Assembly: GCA_013815345.1 (NCBI GenBank)
Contig: JACDGK010000001.1
Location: 102,434-166,433, forward strand
Direction: 5' to 3'
Length of the DNA: 64,000 nt
Origin: Patescibacteria group bacterium
GTDB lineage: Bacteria; Patescibacteriota; Minisyncoccia; Phycocordibacterales; Phycocordibacteraceae
Shown: positions 60,352-64,000 of the stretch, in pieces
How the letters are laid out: each line of letters opens with the position of its first letter
How positions within the stretch are numbered: the first letter of the stretch is position 1
The notes under the pieces: model-generated
Told to the model about the DNA's origin: nothing
The model's database searches: none
The model's input: only the letters and a program-made list of their open reading frames with translations
Made by a program: the position numbers and the translations under genes

Positions 60352-60702
60352 ATGTCACGAGTCAAAGGAGGAGTCATCTCACTAAAGCGACGCCGCAACG
60401 TGCTCAAGCGCGCGAAGGGATATCGTCATGGCCGCAGCACCAAGGAACGCGCAGCGAAAGAATCTCTCGTACATGCAGGACAAAATTCCTTTGCCCATCG
60501 CAAAGACAACAAAAGCAATTACCGCAGCCTCTGGATCGTGCGGCTCAACGCCGCTATCCGCGAGAACGGCTTCAAGTCATACAGCACTTTCATCGCCAAC
60601 ATGAAGAAACAGAATATCGAACTCGACCGCAAAGTACTCTCCGAGTTCGCTCAGAAAGAACCAGAAGTATTCACGCGAATTGCGAAACAAGTAGAAGCGT
60701 AG
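60352..60702 (+). CDS. rplT: 50S ribosomal protein L20
   Basis: MSRVKGG, AKGY, RSLWIVRLNAA and LDRKVLS. Confidence 0.97.
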   Translation: MSRVKGGVISLKRRRNVLKRAKGYRHGRSTKERAAKESLVHAGQNSFAHRKDNKSNYRSLWIVRLNAAIRENGFKSYSTFIANMKKQNIELDRKVLSEFAQKEPEVFTRIAKQVEA

Positions 60703-60811
60703 CAAACAAAATAAGAAATAATTCATATTCTTTCCAGGTTTTCTTGATCTAGTCTTTTATATACTTCGTTTACTTGACCAATTATTCAACTAAGAAGATA
60801 CTGTCATAACT

Positions 60812-61225
60812 ATGATCACTTTGGAGCAACTTGATGCGACGCTCGATAAGAAATTAGGGCAACTGAGTTTGACTTTCGATAGCAAATTAGGAAATCTTGA
60901 GAAGAAATTTGAGCTAATGGGTGAAACTCTTGACGCGAGATTTGGGTCAATTGATGCAAGATTTGAGTTAATGAGTGAGACTTTCGACAAGAAGTTGGTG
61001 AAACTTAATGAGAAGCTTGATACAAAATTTGCAGAACAGTATGATGACCTCGCCGGAATGATGGCTCGAGGTTTGACTGAGTTACGCAACGAATTTAAAG
61101 AAGACTTAACTGCCACAACAAATAAATGGGAGTTGATGCTCGATACCCATATTGATGCGTTTCGTAAGGACTATAATGAGCTTGCGCCGCGGGTGAAGAA
61201 TCTTGAGCTCGCTATCAAATTCTAG
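60812..61225 (+). CDS. Hypothetical coiled-coil repeat protein
   Basis: Repeated LDKKL/FDSKL/LDARF units and a duplicated FELM.ET motif. Confidence 0.65.
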   Translation: MITLEQLDATLDKKLGQLSLTFDSKLGNLEKKFELMGETLDARFGSIDARFELMSETFDKKLVKLNEKLDTKFAEQYDDLAGMMARGLTELRNEFKEDLTATTNKWELMLDTHIDAFRKDYNELAPRVKNLELAIKF

Positions 61226-62612
61226 CTATCTTCTCCTTTGTTATTTCGAAACTATCACCTTGGATGGGGACGATGGCATTGGCACCAAGATAGTCGTGGA
61301 TGCGCTGGGCGAGGAAACGGGCAGCGGAGGGCTCGCCGAGGGCCACGAAGAAGTTTTTGGTGCGACCGTCTGATTGCGGGAGTGCCGCTTCCGCAAATTT
61401 CAAAAGTTCATCCCTGTCGGCGTGAGCTGACCACCCCACAAAGGTCTCTATTTTGGCCCGTACGCGTACGTCCTCTCCACCGAGACGTACATGGGGCGAA
61501 CCGTCCTGGAGCAAGCGTCCTGGGCTTCCTGGTGCTTGATATCCCACAATGATAAGCGTGGTAGAAGGGTCGGGGAGATACTTCTGCTCCCAGCGGCCGA
61601 TACGGCCGCCATGACTCATACCAGCGCCAGCCATAATGATCTTCGGATTTGGTGCCTCAAGGATCTTCGAAGAATCCTGCCGTGAGGGAGTCATCGTGAG
61701 AAATGGAAATTTGAAAAGGTCGTGTCGCTGCCGTAGCTCGTCTTCTGCTTCTTTTTTAAAATATTCTCTTCCCCACTTTTCATAGACTTCTGTTGCATTG
61801 ATAGCAAGGGGAGAATCGAGAAATACAGGAATATGCGGAAGCTCGCCTGACTCCATCAGTTTTGAAAATTCATACAGCATGAGCTGTGTGCGCTCTATCG
61901 AAAATGCAGGAATGAGAATGACGCCACCTCGTGCTACCGCACGCTTGATCGTGTCGCGCAAAAGCACGACACGATTCCCTTTGTCCATATTTACGCGGTC
62001 GCCGTACACACTTTCCATGAGCACGGCGTCTGCGTCCGGAATCGGTTCCCAATCCGGAAGATACGGCGACGGTGAGTTACCGATATCACCAGTGAGTGCC
62101 AGCGTCGTGCCATCTTCATCTTTCACCCGCACGCTCGCTGATCCGAGAATGTGGCCGGTGTTACGCAGATACACTGAAAGTCCCGGAGCAACTTCTCTTT
62201 CTTCGTGATAGTTCACGAGCTGCACAAGCGACATGAGCTTGGTGACGTCTTCATCAGTATAAAGAAGCGGAAGTCCGTGCTGACGCGACGTTTCGGCAAG
62301 AATGTCAACGGTATCACGCAACATGAGTTCCATGAGATCTTTTGTCGGCGGCGTGACAAAGACCTGTCCTTTAAACCCTTCTTTTACCAACTTCGGTGCA
62401 CGACCGATGTGATCAAGATGCGCGTGCGTGATGACGAGAGCGTCGATCGAAGGCACGTCATAGGGAAAAGGCGCATACATATCTTTCTCAACGAAATCCC
62501 TTCCTTGTTCTAAACCACAATCTATAAGAATCTTTCCACGAGTTCCCTCGACCATGAAGTTTGAACCCGTGACCGTTTCCGCGCCACCGTAGCAGGTGAG
62601 TTTTAATGCCAT
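61215..62612 (-). CDS. MBL-fold beta-CASP ribonuclease
   Basis: THAHLDHIG, GHILGS, MESVYG and SAHAD motifs. Confidence 0.93.
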   Translation of the reverse strand: MALKLTCYGGAETVTGSNFMVEGTRGKILIDCGLEQGRDFVEKDMYAPFPYDVPSIDALVITHAHLDHIGRAPKLVKEGFKGQVFVTPPTKDLMELMLRDTVDILAETSRQHGLPLLYTDEDVTKLMSLVQLVNYHEEREVAPGLSVYLRNTGHILGSASVRVKDEDGTTLALTGDIGNSPSPYLPDWEPIPDADAVLMESVYGDRVNMDKGNRVVLLRDTIKRAVARGGVILIPAFSIERTQLMLYEFSKLMESGELPHIPVFLDSPLAINATEVYEKWGREYFKKEAEDELRQRHDLFKFPFLTMTPSRQDSSKILEAPNPKIIMAGAGMSHGGRIGRWEQKYLPDPSTTLIIVGYQAPGSPGRLLQDGSPHVRLGGEDVRVRAKIETFVGWSAHADRDELLKFAEAALPQSDGRTKNFFVALGEPSAARFLAQRIHDYLGANAIVPIQGDSFEITKEKIARI

Positions 62613-62625
62613 GTGAAAACTTTAG

Positions 62626-62661
62626 CACAATAAAACCCAGCCGAAGCTGGGTTTTATTGTG
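62626..62661. terminator. Terminator after the putative ncRNA
   Basis: CACAATAAAACCCAGC-cgaa-GCTGGGTTTTATTGTG. Confidence 0.88.
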
Positions 62662-62797
62662 GAACCATCCGCAATGTGGCAACTTTTAAATGCCACGTGG
62701 GTGTCCGCACCGCGCTCATCGTTCCCGAAGGACACCAGAACACGTAGATATAAGACTCCCGAGATATATGCAAGTTGCGTTTTTAACGGATGGCTCC
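62661..62797 (-). ncRNA. Structured ncRNA, probably 6S-like
   Basis: Own CATAAT -10 box and terminator; nested stems GGAGCCATCCG/CGGATGGTTCC, GCAACTT/AAGTTGC, ACGTG/CACGT and GGTGTCC/GGACACC around an AU-rich bubble. Confidence 0.6.
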
Positions 62798-62811
62798 GTA
62801 TTGATTATGAG

Positions 62812-63426
62812 CTAGTCGAGAATGCCGTCAAGGTTCGCATCGTAGATGATTTGCTCGTTCACGAGACGATAATCAATAATCTCACTTGGGATAAACCAGT
62901 GCTTGATTTCCATATCTGCTTCCTCGGGAGAACCGGAAGCATGTATGACGTTACGGACGGCTCGATTATCAGTATCGGACATCTGGTATGAATCGAGAAC
63001 GTAATCACCGCGAATCGTCCCGACGTCAGAGGTAAGGGGCTCGGTACCGCCAGTGAGCTTGCGAACAATCTTTACTGCGTGCGCTCCTTGCCACACCATC
63101 ATTACCACAGGACCTGCAGTCATATAAGTCTTGAGATTCGCGAGAATAACGGCTGTGATCTCAAGGGGATCTTCCGAGGGAGGGGTCATCCCTTTCTTTT
63201 TGTAGCTCTCGATCGTCTTCTCGCCGGTAACGGTCCGCCAATTCGGATCGAGTGTGTAATGCTGCTCAATTTTCTCAGGAGTTGGTACGCCAATCTTAAC
63301 TCCTACAAGTTTTAGGCCAACATTTTCGTATCGTTTAATCACTTCTCCGATGAGGCCGCGCTGCACTCCGTCGGGCTTTATCATGACCAGTGTGCGCTCA
63401 GTGCTTGGATGCGGTGTTGTTGCCAT
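62812..63426 (-). CDS. ndk: Nucleoside-diphosphate kinase
   Basis: ERTLVMIKPDGVQRGL, GTIRGD and NVIHAS motifs. Confidence 0.96.
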   Translation of the reverse strand: MATTPHPSTERTLVMIKPDGVQRGLIGEVIKRYENVGLKLVGVKIGVPTPEKIEQHYTLDPNWRTVTGEKTIESYKKKGMTPPSEDPLEITAVILANLKTYMTAGPVVMMVWQGAHAVKIVRKLTGGTEPLTSDVGTIRGDYVLDSYQMSDTDNRAVRNVIHASGSPEEADMEIKHWFIPSEIIDYRLVNEQIIYDANLDGILD

Positions 63427-63501
63427 AGATGATTGTTTTAAAAGTAAAAATCGCCAAGGGCGTTTGTATAAAAGAAGTATAGACGAAATCGAACCTAAAC
63501 G

Positions 63502-64000
63502 CTACTCATGCGGGCGACGCGTCAAAACGATAGTTTTATTTTTCTCAACGAGAATGGTGTGCTCAAAATGCGCCGACATCGAGCCGTCTTTGCTTTTATA
63601 GGTAAAGCCATCGGGTGCTACAAAAACGCTTGCCTTGCCTGCATTTGCTATCGGTTCAAGTGCGAGCACCATTCCTTCGACTATTTCAGGACCCATTCCC
63701 GGATGCCCTACGTTCGGAATGAATGGTTCCTCGTGCACAGAATTTCCCACACCATGACCGCCGAGAACTTTTACGATCGAGAAACCACTGCCTTTAAAGG
63801 TTTCTTCGACAGCATGCGAAATATCCCCGACCCGCGCGCCAGGGCGCGCGACCGCTATCGCTTCCTCAAGTGATTCTTGCGTAACATTCAGAAGTTCTTG
63901 AACTTCCTTTGCTATCTTTCCTACCGGCACCGTGAGTGCAGAATCCATTACATATCCGTCATGGATAAGTCCGAGATCGAGACTCACGATATCGCCTTCT
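63502..64000 (-). CDS. map: Methionine aminopeptidase type I (5' end outside the window)
   Basis: SLDLG, DSA, GHGVG..HEEP, ALEP and SAHFEHT motifs. Confidence 0.95.
   Translation of the reverse strand, partial: EGDIVSLDLGLIHDGYVMDSALTVPVGKIAKEVQELLNVTQESLEEAIAVARPGARVGDISHAVEETFKGSGFSIVKVLGGHGVGNSVHEEPFIPNVGHPGMGPEIVEGMVLALEPIANAGKASVFVAPDGFTYKSKDGSMSAHFEHTILVEKNKTIVLTRRPHE

Noticed and set aside
62659-62991. 110-aa plus-strand ORF
   Set aside because: It is antisense to ndk and to the structured RNA, with no motif support.

Overview
A gene-dense bacterial window. It most resembles a Patescibacteria/CPR (Parcubacteria-like) genome; this is inferred from the pilM/N/O/B/T/C-pilD locus without a secretin, frequent leaderless-type promoters, RNA genes without encoded CCA and a tRNA-Ile(UAU). 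The backbone carries purA/guaB/purM/purK/pyrC, gatCA, ligA, a type IV pilus/ComF locus, recG, ftsH, smpB-ssrA, infC-rpmI-rplT, ndk and map. It also has three toxin-antitoxin pairs and a probable 6S-like RNA. Three accessory regions sit at the 3' ends of RNA genes. (i) At tRNA-fMet there is an integrase-less, AT-rich five-gene nucleotide/SAM-metabolism islet. (ii) At tRNA-Ser(GCT) there is a large serine recombinase whose C-terminus is read antisense into the tRNA. It is bracketed by a 135-bp inverted repeat and followed by further att-like GCGGTG sites that separate a restriction-modification module, a two-component module and gene debris. (iii) At tmRNA there is an integrase-less three-gene islet. 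The most intriguing signal is this recurrent architecture of direct and inverted copies of tRNA/tmRNA ends and att-like arms, which suggests an invertible or cassette-accreting, recombinase-driven system. All alignments and coordinates were read by eye and no database searches were run.
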